DNA of 64,000 nt, taken from an uncultured Candidatus Saccharibacteria bacterium (GTDB lineage Bacteria; Patescibacteriota; Saccharimonadia; Saccharimonadales; JACDBH01). Numbering within the stretch: the stretch's first letter is position 1; each line of letters opens with the position of its first letter. Shown one piece after another: positions 19,931 through 29,225 of the stretch. The stretch covers positions 139,012 through 203,011 of the forward strand of contig CAZXYN010000001.1 in the NCBI GenBank assembly GCA_964644965.1. The letters are read 5' to 3'. The notes beneath the pieces are model-generated. The model was not told the DNA's origin and ran no database searches. It saw only the letters and a program-made list of their open reading frames with translations. A program made the translations under genes and the position numbers.

Positions 19931-20980
19931 ATGCATATGAGTAAAGAGGTGATTCTAACTGGTATTCGCGCCAATAACGATTTGACGCTGGGCAACTATT
20001 TTGGTGCGATTTTGCCAATAATTGATATGGCGCGTACCCAGGCTGACAAATATCAAATCAACCTGTTTGTGCCAGACCTGCATAGTTTCACAACCCCGAC
20101 TGATCTGAGCACCCTAAACCCTGCCATCTGGCATAACCTACGTGTATTTGCAGCCGCAGGACTGCCGCTAGATAAGCCAGACATTCACATCTACCGCCAG
20201 AGCTATATACCAGCTCATAGCGAGCTGACCTGGATTCTGGATTGCTTTACCGGCTTTGGTGAAATGGGCCGCATGACACAGTTCAAGGATAAGTCTGCAA
20301 AACTTAGCGACGACCGTATTAGTATGGGACTATTCAATTACCCAGTGCTAATGGCGGCTGATATTTTGCTCTACGGCGCCACCTACGTGCCAGTAGGCGA
20401 TGACCAAAGTCAACACCTAGAATTTACCCGTGATATCGCTATCAGAATGAACGCACTCGCTAGTAAATACGACCACGAAAGTTTGTTCGTGGTGCCTAAG
20501 GACGTAAAGTCTCAGCACCAGTTCTTTGGCAAGGATCAGGGTCTACGCATCAAAGATTTGCAAGATCCAACCAAAAAGATGAGCAAATCTGACGATAGCG
20601 GCAAAGGCGTAATATTCCTTGGCGATAGTCCTGAGGAAGCTGCGAAAAAGATCATGTCTGCGGCTACTGACTCAGTAGGCTCAATCCATTTTGATTGGGA
20701 TAAACAACCTGGTATTAGCAACTTGCTACAAATCCTTGCCTTACTCACCCAATCGTCTCAGGAAGACATTAATAAAGCCTGGGAAGGTCAATCTAGCTAT
20801 GGCGAGCTTAAGAACGCTGTTGCCGAAGCCGTCAAATCATTCCTAACTCAGTTGCAGGAAAAACTACAGTATGTAGACGACGCAGCTATCAACGACAAAC
20901 TAACCAGCTCAGAAATCGCCATGGGAACCGTTGCCAATCAAACCCTGTACAAAGTACAGCAGGTAGTTGGCCTACGCTAG
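19931..20980 (+). CDS. trpS: Tryptophanyl-tRNA synthetase
   Basis: Class I aaRS: TGIRANNDLTLGNYFGAI (HIGH region) and KMSKSDDS; length 349 aa. Confidence 0.9.
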   Translation: MHMSKEVILTGIRANNDLTLGNYFGAILPIIDMARTQADKYQINLFVPDLHSFTTPTDLSTLNPAIWHNLRVFAAAGLPLDKPDIHIYRQSYIPAHSELTWILDCFTGFGEMGRMTQFKDKSAKLSDDRISMGLFNYPVLMAADILLYGATYVPVGDDQSQHLEFTRDIAIRMNALASKYDHESLFVVPKDVKSQHQFFGKDQGLRIKDLQDPTKKMSKSDDSGKGVIFLGDSPEEAAKKIMSAATDSVGSIHFDWDKQPGISNLLQILALLTQSSQEDINKAWEGQSSYGELKNAVAEAVKSFLTQLQEKLQYVDDAAINDKLTSSEIAMGTVANQTLYKVQQVVGLR

Positions 20981-20984
20981 AACT

Positions 20985-21842
20985 ATGTTCACGATTCACA
21001 TCAAAGACGATTTCGTAGGCAAGCGCACCGACAAGCTGATGGCCGAACAGTTGCCACAGTTTCCGCGCGCTGCATTAGCTAAGTTATTCGACATGGAGCT
21101 AGTTTGGCTCAACGGAGAAGCAACAAAACCCGGCTACAAACTACGCAGTGGCGACAAATTGTCTGTAGACTTATCACCACTGGACGTCAAAATTGCCGAT
21201 ATTGAGCTACCTATTATTTTTGAGGATGAGAACGTGCTGGTGGTAGACAAACCTGCCGGTGTAATCAGCCACGCTCGCGGGCGATACTTTGACGAACCGT
21301 CAGTGGCATCATTCGTTAGGCAAAAAACAGGGCAGAAGGGTGAACGTAGCGGTATTGTTCACAGACTCGACAGAGCCACTAGTGGTGTTATGATTTGCGC
21401 CAAAAATCAAGAGACATTAAGTTTCTTACAAAAACAGTTCTCGCTTCGTAAGGTGAAGAAAACCTACATCGCCGTAGTAGAAGGCAGTATGCCCACCGAA
21501 GACGGGCTTATAGACATGCCTATCGGTAGAAATCTAAAAGTGCCAGCTACTTTTATGGTTACAGACACCGGTAAGTCAGCCCAAACTCGCTACAAAACAT
21601 TAGAAAAAACCGGTAAATACAGCCTACTAGAACTCAGCCCAGAAACTGGTCGGACTCACCAACTGCGCGTACACCTAAGAGAATTGAAACATCCGATAAT
21701 TGGCGATGCTCTCTATAGCGGCATAGAAGCCGAGCGCATGCTGCTGCACGCTGCCAGCCTAGAAATTACTCTACCAGGCGGTGAACGGAAAGTGTTTACA
21801 GCTGGCTTGCCAGAAATATTTCAGCAAACAGTTTCATCATGA
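20985..21842 (+). CDS. RluA/RluD-family pseudouridine synthase with an N-terminal S4 domain
   Basis: Catalytic HRLDRATSGVMICAKN; start at M 20985 after the trpS stop (alternative start 20967). Confidence 0.85.
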   Translation: MFTIHIKDDFVGKRTDKLMAEQLPQFPRAALAKLFDMELVWLNGEATKPGYKLRSGDKLSVDLSPLDVKIADIELPIIFEDENVLVVDKPAGVISHARGRYFDEPSVASFVRQKTGQKGERSGIVHRLDRATSGVMICAKNQETLSFLQKQFSLRKVKKTYIAVVEGSMPTEDGLIDMPIGRNLKVPATFMVTDTGKSAQTRYKTLEKTGKYSLLELSPETGRTHQLRVHLRELKHPIIGDALYSGIEAERMLLHAASLEITLPGGERKVFTAGLPEIFQQTVSS

Positions 21843-22705
21843 AAAACATACTCCTGCACCAAAAAACCAGAGCAACTATTGATAGGGTCGTAGAGCGCAC
21901 TCCCCATGCTTTGTTGCTATGTGGCAAGCCAGGTAGCGGCAAGACATATCTGGCAGAACAACTGGCTGCCACAATTCTAGAAATTGAGCCCGACAAGCTG
22001 TCATCATACCCTTATGTACAAATAATTGACCCTGATGAGCTAACTATTACTATCGAAAATATTCGCTCCCTCCAGCAATTCCTAAAACTACGCGTACCAG
22101 AAAAGAATAAGCGATCGGTCAATAGAATCATTATTATAGTTGGTGCCGACCGCATGCGCACCGAAGCCCAAAACGCACTACTAAAAACTGTAGAGGAGCC
22201 GCCAGCTGGCACTGTATTAATCTTGACTTCGGATCATCCAGAGAAATTACTCGACACCATACAATCCAGGGTTCAGGCTGTTCAAGTGCTACCAGTCGGC
22301 TCAGAGGAAGCCAAGAACTATTTCAACAGTGCCAATGACTCTGAGTTCGCTAGGTCTTATGCACTGTCGCAAGGCCAAGCAGGACTACTGTTTGCACTGC
22401 TTGAGACCAAAGAACACGCCATGCTTGCGGATGTAGACCAAGCTAAGAGATTGCTCGCTAGTACAATTGCCGAACGGCTAGTACAAGTGAACGATCTTGC
22501 CAAAGACAAGCAGGCGGTAGCCAGGTTACTTGACGCATTGCTTCGGATTTCGCATGCAGGATTATTCTCAGCCAGCAGTAAACAGTCTGGGACTTCGGTA
22601 GAGCAGTGGCACAAGAAACAAATACAGATACTTGAGGCAATCGAACTACTGCAAAAAAACGCCAACATAAAGCTTATACTTGATAACTTGTTTTTAAACA
22701 TTTAA
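21839..22705 (+). CDS. holB: DNA polymerase III delta-prime subunit
   Basis: AAA+ P-loop LLCGKPGSGKTY; 288 aa; ATGA overlap with the upstream gene. Confidence 0.75.
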   Translation: MKNILLHQKTRATIDRVVERTPHALLLCGKPGSGKTYLAEQLAATILEIEPDKLSSYPYVQIIDPDELTITIENIRSLQQFLKLRVPEKNKRSVNRIIIIVGADRMRTEAQNALLKTVEEPPAGTVLILTSDHPEKLLDTIQSRVQAVQVLPVGSEEAKNYFNSANDSEFARSYALSQGQAGLLFALLETKEHAMLADVDQAKRLLASTIAERLVQVNDLAKDKQAVARLLDALLRISHAGLFSASSKQSGTSVEQWHKKQIQILEAIELLQKNANIKLILDNLFLNI

Positions 22706-22725
22706 TGCTATAATCTTTACTATCT

Positions 22726-23379
22726 ATGTTGTCTTTAGTTTTGGTGCTCGCATTTGGCATACTTGCGTATCGTAGTACGAATATTCGAGATACCGAATTA
22801 TCTGAAGCCGCCCAGCGTATCAGTGATCGTATGAGCAAGCTCTGGGATATTGCCCAGACAGGCATGCGTGAAAACCGCTTCTTAAGAGCCGAAAAGGCAC
22901 TTTTAACAATTCTAAAGCTCGATCAGAAAAACGCTGCTGCTTATAACCGGCTTGGCATCCTCTACGCCAAGCAAAAGGAATACAAAGACGCGATTGATTG
23001 TTTTGAGATTGCAAGTTCTATAGACCCAAGTGCTTCATCACTGCATAACCTAGGGCTAATTTATTACGAGACAGAAAACTACGAGAAGGCTGGCATGGCC
23101 TTCGAACAAGCCCTTCGTTTAGAAGATGACCTAGCTGCACGTCACATAGCCTATGCCAAGGTTCAAGAGAAGCTAGGCAACGAGAAGATGATGATGGCCG
23201 AATTAGAGAAGGCAAGCAACCTAGAACCTAACCCGGAGACATTCACTCTACTCATTCGCGCCTACGAATCACGCGGCATGCACGAAGAAGCCGACTTGCT
23301 CAAGACAAAACTTAATAAACTTATCATGCCTGCAGGCAAACCACGTAGAGTTTTACGCCCCCGCAAGGTTGTGATATAG
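22726..23379 (+). CDS. TPR-repeat protein with an N-terminal membrane anchor
   Basis: TM helix followed by TPR-like repeats (AAAYNRLGILYAKQKEYKDAIDCFE...). Confidence 0.6.
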   Translation: MLSLVLVLAFGILAYRSTNIRDTELSEAAQRISDRMSKLWDIAQTGMRENRFLRAEKALLTILKLDQKNAAAYNRLGILYAKQKEYKDAIDCFEIASSIDPSASSLHNLGLIYYETENYEKAGMAFEQALRLEDDLAARHIAYAKVQEKLGNEKMMMAELEKASNLEPNPETFTLLIRAYESRGMHEEADLLKTKLNKLIMPAGKPRRVLRPRKVVI

Positions 23380-23494
23380 AACAGCTTGGTCTGCGCCTAT
23401 TATTACGGGGCTGATAGTTGTTATTTAACCTGTTATTTGCTAAAATACCTCGGTATTTGTTCGAGCTCCTTCAAAATTTAGTATAATAAGATTA

Positions 23495-23908
23495 ATGAAA
23501 ACATGTCTACAATGTGATCAAAGTCTTACGCGAAAATCTAGTAAGTATTGTTCGAATCAATGTCAACTTGACTATCAATACCTCAGGTACATTGAATCAT
23601 GGAAGCTTGGTGAGGCTAATGGTGCTAGAGGAATCAATGTGAAAGGTATTTCTAGGCATATAATAAGATATTTGACCGAGAAAAACGGTAACGCCTGTAG
23701 CATATGTTCGTGGAGCATGTTAAATCAAAAAACAAATAAAGTCCCATTAGAGATCGACCACATAGATGGTGACTCTGACAATAATTCGGAATCCAATCTT
23801 CGACTTGTGTGTCCTAACTGCCACGCTTTGACACCAAGCTACAGAAACCTGAATAGAGGCAAGGGTAGGGACTGGAGAAGGTTAAAATATTTAAAGACAA
23901 CACAATAG
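23495..23908 (+). CDS. HNH endonuclease
   Basis: EIDHIDGDSDNNSESNLRLVCPNCH HNH motif plus N-terminal CxxC...CxxC zinc knuckles. Confidence 0.8.
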   Translation: MKTCLQCDQSLTRKSSKYCSNQCQLDYQYLRYIESWKLGEANGARGINVKGISRHIIRYLTEKNGNACSICSWSMLNQKTNKVPLEIDHIDGDSDNNSESNLRLVCPNCHALTPSYRNLNRGKGRDWRRLKYLKTTQ

Positions 23909-23910
23909 TT

Positions 23911-23987
23911 GCCGACTTAGCTCAGTTGGTTAGAGCGTCAGTTTTGTAAACTGAATGTCCGGGGTTCGAATCCCCGAGTCGGCTCCA
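23911..23987 (+). tRNA. tRNA-Thr (anticodon TGT), CCA encoded
   Basis: Cloverleaf by hand: acceptor GCCGACT/AGTCGGC, anticodon loop TTTGTAA, T-loop TTCGAAT. Confidence 0.85.
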
Positions 23988-23988
23988 T

Positions 23989-24074
23989 GCAGGGTTAGTG
24001 AAGCGGTCAAACACGTCAGACTGTAAATCTGATGGCTTATGCCTTCGTAGGTTCGAATCCTACACCCTGCACCA
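23989..24074 (+). tRNA. tRNA-Tyr (anticodon GTA) with a long variable arm, CCA encoded
   Basis: Acceptor GCAGGGT/ACCCTGC, anticodon loop CTGTAAA, long variable arm, T-loop TTCGAAT. Confidence 0.85.
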
Positions 24075-24082
24075 AAGTAAGA

Positions 24083-24107
24083 GCCCGTCATTTATGGCGG
24101 GTTTTTG
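24083..24107 (+). terminator. Rho-independent terminator after the tRNA pair
   Basis: GCCCGTCATTTATGGCGGGTTTTT. Confidence 0.6.
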
Positions 24108-24224
24108 CTTTGGTGATGATTTTAGGGGATTCGAACCGATAGGCGAGGGTGTCCAGTGGACACCTGAGTTTTCCTTGCTTGGCCGCCTTGCGCGCTGCTT
24201 GCAGCTTGCGCAGGCGCAGAATAA

Positions 24225-24248
24225 CTCGAATCCTACACCCTGCACCAA
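24225..24248 (+). repeat. 24-bp direct repeat of the tRNA-Tyr 3' end (att-like scar)
   Basis: TCGAATCCTACACCCTGCACCAAA at 24051-24074 and again at 24225-24248. Confidence 0.7.
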
Positions 24249-24316
24249 ATATATAGATTCACCAAAAAGGTGAGTTATTTTATTTAAACTTAGGATTTTA
24301 CTGTATTATTAGTCCA

Positions 24317-25774
24317 ATGAGTTTTACTTGGTTTGACTTTGCTGTTGCTGCATTTCTTCTAGAGTGGCTTATTAAGATCGGGCTTATTTTCTATATACCT
24401 CGCAACCGCAAACCAAGCTCGGCGATTGCTTGGCTACTAGTGTTATTCCTGTTGCCATGGCTTGGGATCATTCTGTTCATACTAATCGGAAACCCAAAAC
24501 TTTCTAAACGCCGTCGCCGTATGCAAGTCGAAATAGACAAGCTCATTGATACCGCGGTCGCAAATAGTGATCAAAGAAAACATTTATTCACTCCAAGACA
24601 GCTAGAACGATACGAACCAGTTGCAGAGCTTAGTGAAGCACTGGGCAAACTGCCAGTTCGCGCCGGAAATTCAGTAAAGATTTTGCCAGAGTATGATGAA
24701 GCAATTGCAGATATCGTGAAAGAAATAAAACAGGCCAAGGAGTTCGTGCACTTAGAATATTTTATTCTGGCACTCGATGAAACAACCCAACCGCTATTTG
24801 ATGCGATGGAAGATGCTGTGAAGCGTGGTGTAAAGGTACGCTTCTTGATTGATGGCATGGGCTATCGGCGCTATCCACGGCGCAAGGAAATGAAGCGGTT
24901 GCTTACATCAATCGGCGTTGAGTGGCATTTCATGCTGCCGATAAGATTCAAGCCAAGTCTTTATAACCGACCCGATCTGCGTAATCACCGCAAGATTGTA
25001 GTTATTGATGACAAACTTGGTTATGTTGGTTCGCAGAACTTAATTGATCGTACCTACCACCGCAGGGACGATATTTATTATGACGAACTGGTCGCAAAAA
25101 TCAGTGGGCCTATTGTTCGAGATTGTAATGTCATTTTTGCGAGCGACTGGTATGCAGAGTCAGGCGAGAAACTAACTAAACTAACCAACCCTAAACATCG
25201 ACCACTCCCTAAAGAAACTGGTAAAGTACATGCTCAGATGTTGCCGAGTGGTCCTTCGTACGAGCTTCAAAATAATGCCGCTGTTTTTACCTTCTTACTG
25301 AATGCTGCCCGAAAGCGAATTTTTATAACCAACCCTTACTTTATTCCTAGCGAAGGCATGCTCGAAGCAATTATCGCAGCCGCAAAGCGTGGACTAGACG
25401 TAACTATGATTAATTCTGAAGCCATGGACCAACTAATGGTCGGACACGCTCAACGTTCATACTACTCTCAGTTAATTGAAGCTGGTGTGAAGCTGTATCT
25501 GTATAAGGCACCTGTGCTACTCCACTCAAAGCACATCACAATTGATGATGATTTCGCTGTAATAGGTTCAAGTAACCTCGATATTCGTTCATTTGAGCTA
25601 GACTTAGAAAGTACGCTTATAGCCTATGATGAATCGGTGGTTAAAGATCTAAGAAAAGTCCAAGCTCGTGATCTTGAACGGAGTACAAAAGTAGATCTGA
25701 ATACCTGGGAGCAGAGAAGCAACACCAAGAAGCTGCTCGAAAGTATTGCAAGACTGACTGCTGCCTTGCAATAA
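24317..25774 (+). CDS. cls: Cardiolipin synthase (two PLD/HKD domains)
   Basis: Two N-terminal TM helices; HKD motifs HRKIVVIDDKLGYVGSQNL and HSKHITIDDDFAVIGSSNL. Confidence 0.9.
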   Translation: MSFTWFDFAVAAFLLEWLIKIGLIFYIPRNRKPSSAIAWLLVLFLLPWLGIILFILIGNPKLSKRRRRMQVEIDKLIDTAVANSDQRKHLFTPRQLERYEPVAELSEALGKLPVRAGNSVKILPEYDEAIADIVKEIKQAKEFVHLEYFILALDETTQPLFDAMEDAVKRGVKVRFLIDGMGYRRYPRRKEMKRLLTSIGVEWHFMLPIRFKPSLYNRPDLRNHRKIVVIDDKLGYVGSQNLIDRTYHRRDDIYYDELVAKISGPIVRDCNVIFASDWYAESGEKLTKLTNPKHRPLPKETGKVHAQMLPSGPSYELQNNAAVFTFLLNAARKRIFITNPYFIPSEGMLEAIIAAAKRGLDVTMINSEAMDQLMVGHAQRSYYSQLIEAGVKLYLYKAPVLLHSKHITIDDDFAVIGSSNLDIRSFELDLESTLIAYDESVVKDLRKVQARDLERSTKVDLNTWEQRSNTKKLLESIARLTAALQ

Positions 25775-25821
25775 CTTAAATGAGGTTAAATTAAAACTAA
25801 AAGTTTGTTACAATAAGCGTA

Positions 25822-26172
25822 ATGAGAGATTTGGGAGAGTGCCCTAGATGGCCACGCGAGTGGTATGACGTTTATTGTGAGACGTCTTTGTCAAATGACA
25901 AACTCGCACACTTTGTAGTTGCTGCTGGCGTCGGCAGTGACCCTTCAGTAGAACTCAAACAATACATCACAAGCCCTGCTGTCCGGGTACAAGCAAACGC
26001 AGAAAATTCTACTGAGCAAAAGACAATCGGCGATATGCTTGGTGTGCTTGATCTTTGTAACGTAACCATGGTGAGATTAACTCATAGCGAAGTCCAACAT
26101 CTAGAGCGAATTGGTAAAAATGAAACTTTCTTTAGGCAGTATGCTGACTTAGAGCCTATTGTAGACTCGTAA
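25822..26172 (+). CDS. Hypothetical protein
   Basis: 116 aa ORF, unknown function. Confidence 0.4.
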   Translation: MRDLGECPRWPREWYDVYCETSLSNDKLAHFVVAAGVGSDPSVELKQYITSPAVRVQANAENSTEQKTIGDMLGVLDLCNVTMVRLTHSEVQHLERIGKNETFFRQYADLEPIVDS

Positions 26173-26218
26173 AACAACTGTTTGTTTGATACAATGCCCC
26201 AGTCAAAAGAGGCCTCGT

Positions 26219-26409
26219 GCCGCGATAGCTCAGTGGTAGAGCACCCCGCACCTTATTGAAGTATATTCTTATTGCCGAAGTAGCTCAGTGGTAGAGCATC
26301 GCCATGGTAAGGCGGGGGTCACGGGTTCAATCCCCGTCTTCGGCTCCAATTATTATCATTCTGTAAGGTGCGGGGGAAGGGGTCCTGGGTTCAAATCCCA
26401 GTCGTGGCT
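26219..26409 (+). tRNA. Split or interrupted tRNA-like gene whose 5' and 3' halves flank an embedded tRNA-Thr
   Basis: 5' half GCCGCGA-TAGCTCAGTGGTAGAGC-A-CCCCG... and 3' half ...CGGGG-GAAGGGGTC-CTGGG-TTCAAAT-CCCAG-TCGTGGC-T. The acceptor halves are complementary (GCCGCGA/TCGTGGC) and the T-stems pair. An 11-bp perfect helix CCCCGCACCTT/AAGGTGCGGGG brackets the inserted ~115 nt. Confidence 0.45.
26274..26348 (+). tRNA. tRNA-Thr (anticodon GGT), CCA encoded, nested inside the interrupted tRNA-like gene
   Basis: GCCGAAG-TA-GCTC-AGTGGTA-GAGC-A-TCGCC-ATGGTAA-GGCGG-GGGTC-ACGGG-TTCAATC-CCCGT-CTTCGGC-T-CCA. Confidence 0.85.
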
Positions 26410-26422
26410 TTAGTTTAAAACG

Positions 26423-26447
26423 TAGCGCCAAAAAAGGCGTTTTTTTA
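26423..26447 (+). terminator. Rho-independent terminator after the tRNA locus
   Basis: AGCGCCAAAAAAGGCGTTTTTTTATT. Confidence 0.7.
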
Positions 26448-26483
26448 TTGCTCTTTTCACTGCTACAGCGTAAGATTACAGTA

Positions 26484-26945
26484 ATGAGTCCTCGTGCGGA
26501 GAAACTATATTGTGGAGCGTTCGCTGCAGCTGTTGCTATTGGCGCGCTTGCTGCTAATGAAGTCGTCACAGACCGCCTTGAGGCTGATAACAAACTCCTA
26601 ACTCAAGAAATCAATGATTGCCAAACAATGCCGACTGCAAGCTGCACGGGCGAACTGGGTATTGTCTTGGATCCTACACCCAGAGATTTAGTATTCGAAT
26701 CAGGTACTGTATCGATCAAACCAGAGTATGTATCCGCCCAAATCAACGAAAAGTTACCAAAGCCAATCGACGAATCAGAAAGACGTTCGACTACCGGAAT
26801 AAGCGCATTTTTGTTAGCTGGAGCTGTGTCTTATGGCGCACTCAAACTAAGAGAACCTGTGCGGCAATTTCGGCAAGCTGTTAAGGCGTACAAAGCTAGA
26901 GAATCTCAAGAAAACAATAGCCCGGTTCTGACCCGGGACGCTTGA
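26484..26945 (+). CDS. Hypothetical membrane-anchored protein
   Basis: Start at MSPRAEKLY with an N-terminal TM helix AFAAAVAIGALAA; the track ORF extends upstream to 26448. Confidence 0.4.
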   Translation: MSPRAEKLYCGAFAAAVAIGALAANEVVTDRLEADNKLLTQEINDCQTMPTASCTGELGIVLDPTPRDLVFESGTVSIKPEYVSAQINEKLPKPIDESERRSTTGISAFLLAGAVSYGALKLREPVRQFRQAVKAYKARESQENNSPVLTRDA

Positions 26946-26995
26946 CATAATAGGGGTCATACCGTATACTGACTCGGAAAGAAGGTTATATTTTT

Positions 26996-27199
26996 ATGGC
27001 AAAAAAAGGTGACAAGCGAAAAATCGTCGGCTTAGTATCAGAGCTAAGTGGTCATCGCACGTACTACACCACCAAGAATACTATGAACACCCCTGAGAAA
27101 CTTCGCCTGAAGAAGTATGACCCAGTTGCTCGTCAGCACGCTTGGTACGAAGAAACCAAGAAGAACCTTGGACGTAATACCGTTAATCCGAAGAAATAG
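26996..27199 (+). CDS. rpmG: 50S ribosomal protein L33
   Basis: 67 aa; [23 protein letters not shown] matches L33. Confidence 0.8.
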   Translation: MAKKGDKRKIVGLVSELSGHRTYYTTKNTMNTPEKLRLKKYDPVARQHAWYEETKKNLGRNTVNPKK

Positions 27200-27204
27200 T
27201 TCTT

Positions 27205-27287
27205 AGACTTCAGATCTTAGTTCTTAGATAATCCGCCGTAGGCGGATTTGTCTTTTCTAAGATCTAAGAACTGCCGTCTAAGATCTT
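27205..27287. terminator. Bidirectional terminator / long imperfect inverted repeat between convergent genes
   Basis: AATCCGCCGTAGGCGGATTT core hairpin flanked by inverted AGATCTTAG/CTAAGATCT repeats. Confidence 0.5.
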
Positions 27288-29222
27288 TTACAGATTCGCT
27301 AGATCTAAGGCTGTATTTATATACTCAGCGTGACTCCAAACCAGCGGTGATACGCTTACCTGAGCAGAGGTCTCTGGTTCTACCTGTTCGCTCATGATGC
27401 CGCTCTCTAGAGTCTTTTGACTAGCCCAGTCCATAATGCCATGAGCCTTGGCATCATCTCCTTTGTCGTGATAATACTGAGCTAGCCAGAATGAACAAAT
27501 AAACCAAGGATTGCCGGTAAAGTCATCTCGTTTGCGCATATACCAGTCATTCTCGTAGCGTGGCGAGCCGCCAGACGGCGATTTATCGAGCAATAGCTGC
27601 TCTATCTGCGTGACGGTTGCGTCGACGTTCGCGGCTGCTGTTTTGGGTCCAAACATCATCATGCCGTAGAAGCTTGACAGATCGAGTGTATCGTCGTTCT
27701 GAAGCGAACCATCTTGCTGCAGCAAGAAGCCTTTGCGATAAGCCTGACGTTCTTCACTAAATAGCGGACTGATAGCATCACCAATACGCTTCGCGGCAGC
27801 TCGCCAGTAGACCGCGTCCTCTGGATAACCAAAATCTTCTGCAAACTGACCAGCAACTTGTAAGGCCGCAAGAGTTGTAGCAACAGTGTAGGAACTAGTT
27901 AGGAACTTTTCCTCCCACAAATCATAGCTAGCATGCGGTAGATTGGTAGCTTCGTCTATAAAATTGGCCATAAACTGGCCAGCTGGCTTAATAAATGTGC
28001 CGTAAAGCGAATCGACAAAGTCTTTGTCATCAGTTGCTTTGAGGTATTCACCGAGCATTATAACCACAATAGCGGTTTCGTCTTCTTGTATGGCAAGCTC
28101 ATGGCGATTGTCTTTGTGCACTAGTGGGTGCCAAGTACTACCGATAGCTCTATCTGGTTGATACTTGTGCATTAGATAGCCATCCTCGTGGATGATATCG
28201 CGGCAGAATTCAAAGAAATTTCGAGCTTCTTCGCGAAAGCCAAGTCGTATTAGCGGCCAGACAGCATAGGCGCCGTCTCTAGGCCAGCAATAACAATAGT
28301 AATCTCTTCCGTAATTGAAAATACTGGAGTCACCAGAGGCTAGAATACTGCCACGACGATCGGTGTGAGCTTTGACAACAAGTAGGGATTTTTTGGTCAG
28401 CAGCCGGTAACGGTCTTCTATCTGGCGGAGTTTTGACTCAGCTGGCGACATCCATTCATGCCACCAGCGACGAGTATCACGCAATCGAGTGACTAGACCG
28501 GTCTTCCTAAGCTCTTCATGAGTTGCCTCAGCATCTAGCTGTGAGTTTGCGGCTACAATCCAGTAATCAATTACCTTGGCTTGGGCTGAGCCGAGCTCCA
28601 TAGTTAGGCGTATCGTCGAATCGACGCCACCATGCTCCACAGCGTTTCCGGATAGTTCACCGTCTTCTGCATCACGAAAGGTGCCGTCTTTGCCTTCGAT
28701 ACCGTAATTTCCGACTGCATATTGATCAAACGAGTTACCGTCGCTAGTTTCAGCATAGACAAGCAAACTACAACGACCCTTGTAGTCAAGAATATAGTTT
28801 CCTTCTGGATCATACAGGGCAGTGTCAGCTCGTCCTTGATTAGAAATTTCAAACACTTGGTGCATAAATACTCGAACTTCACGGGCGTGTTCGGCTCTGT
28901 TAATCACCTTAATCCGGCGACAAAAGGCATTTACGAATGGATCGACAAAATCCTGAAACTGTAACTCTACGCCAAGTTCTTTGTGCTTCATTGTAATGCT
29001 GCTTATAAGCGCTGAGTCTTCGAAATCAACACTCATTTTCCATGTTTCGTCATTCACCCATGAAAATTGATTATCAACCCAGACACCAATTTTGTGTCGC
29101 TCACTACGAGTAGTAGTCAGGTTATTTAGACCAACGTATGGGTAATAAAAATCATGAACCAGGCCGTGTTTATTGAGACCCACAAATAATTGCCCATTAC
29201 TTAGCACGACTGGACGACCCAA
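27288..29222 (-). CDS. Glycoside hydrolase family 15 (glucoamylase/glucodextranase-like)
   Basis: 644 aa; (alpha/alpha)6 catalytic-domain signatures CWPRDGAY and SYDLWEE (general-acid region). Confidence 0.65.
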   Translation of the reverse strand: MGRPVVLSNGQLFVGLNKHGLVHDFYYPYVGLNNLTTTRSERHKIGVWVDNQFSWVNDETWKMSVDFEDSALISSITMKHKELGVELQFQDFVDPFVNAFCRRIKVINRAEHAREVRVFMHQVFEISNQGRADTALYDPEGNYILDYKGRCSLLVYAETSDGNSFDQYAVGNYGIEGKDGTFRDAEDGELSGNAVEHGGVDSTIRLTMELGSAQAKVIDYWIVAANSQLDAEATHEELRKTGLVTRLRDTRRWWHEWMSPAESKLRQIEDRYRLLTKKSLLVVKAHTDRRGSILASGDSSIFNYGRDYYCYCWPRDGAYAVWPLIRLGFREEARNFFEFCRDIIHEDGYLMHKYQPDRAIGSTWHPLVHKDNRHELAIQEDETAIVVIMLGEYLKATDDKDFVDSLYGTFIKPAGQFMANFIDEATNLPHASYDLWEEKFLTSSYTVATTLAALQVAGQFAEDFGYPEDAVYWRAAAKRIGDAISPLFSEERQAYRKGFLLQQDGSLQNDDTLDLSSFYGMMMFGPKTAAANVDATVTQIEQLLLDKSPSGGSPRYENDWYMRKRDDFTGNPWFICSFWLAQYYHDKGDDAKAHGIMDWASQKTLESGIMSEQVEPETSAQVSVSPLVWSHAEYINTALDLANL

Positions 29223-29225
29223 AGC

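Noticed and set aside
24104-24170. Possible minus-strand tRNA (GGATTCGAACC T-arm-like sequence)
   Set aside because: No acceptable acceptor/T-stem pairing could be built; treated as a decayed tRNA fragment within the integration scar.
23998-24273. 91-aa + strand ORF from the track
   Set aside because: It lies entirely over tRNA-Tyr, the terminator and the att-like repeat, so it is a non-coding artefact.
26242-26252. 11-mer CACCCCGCACC shared between the split-tRNA locus and the polymerase insertion (32531-32541), which suggested a common repeat family
   Set aside because: With ~128k positions on two strands, hundreds of shared 11-mers are expected by chance. No longer flanking similarity was seen.
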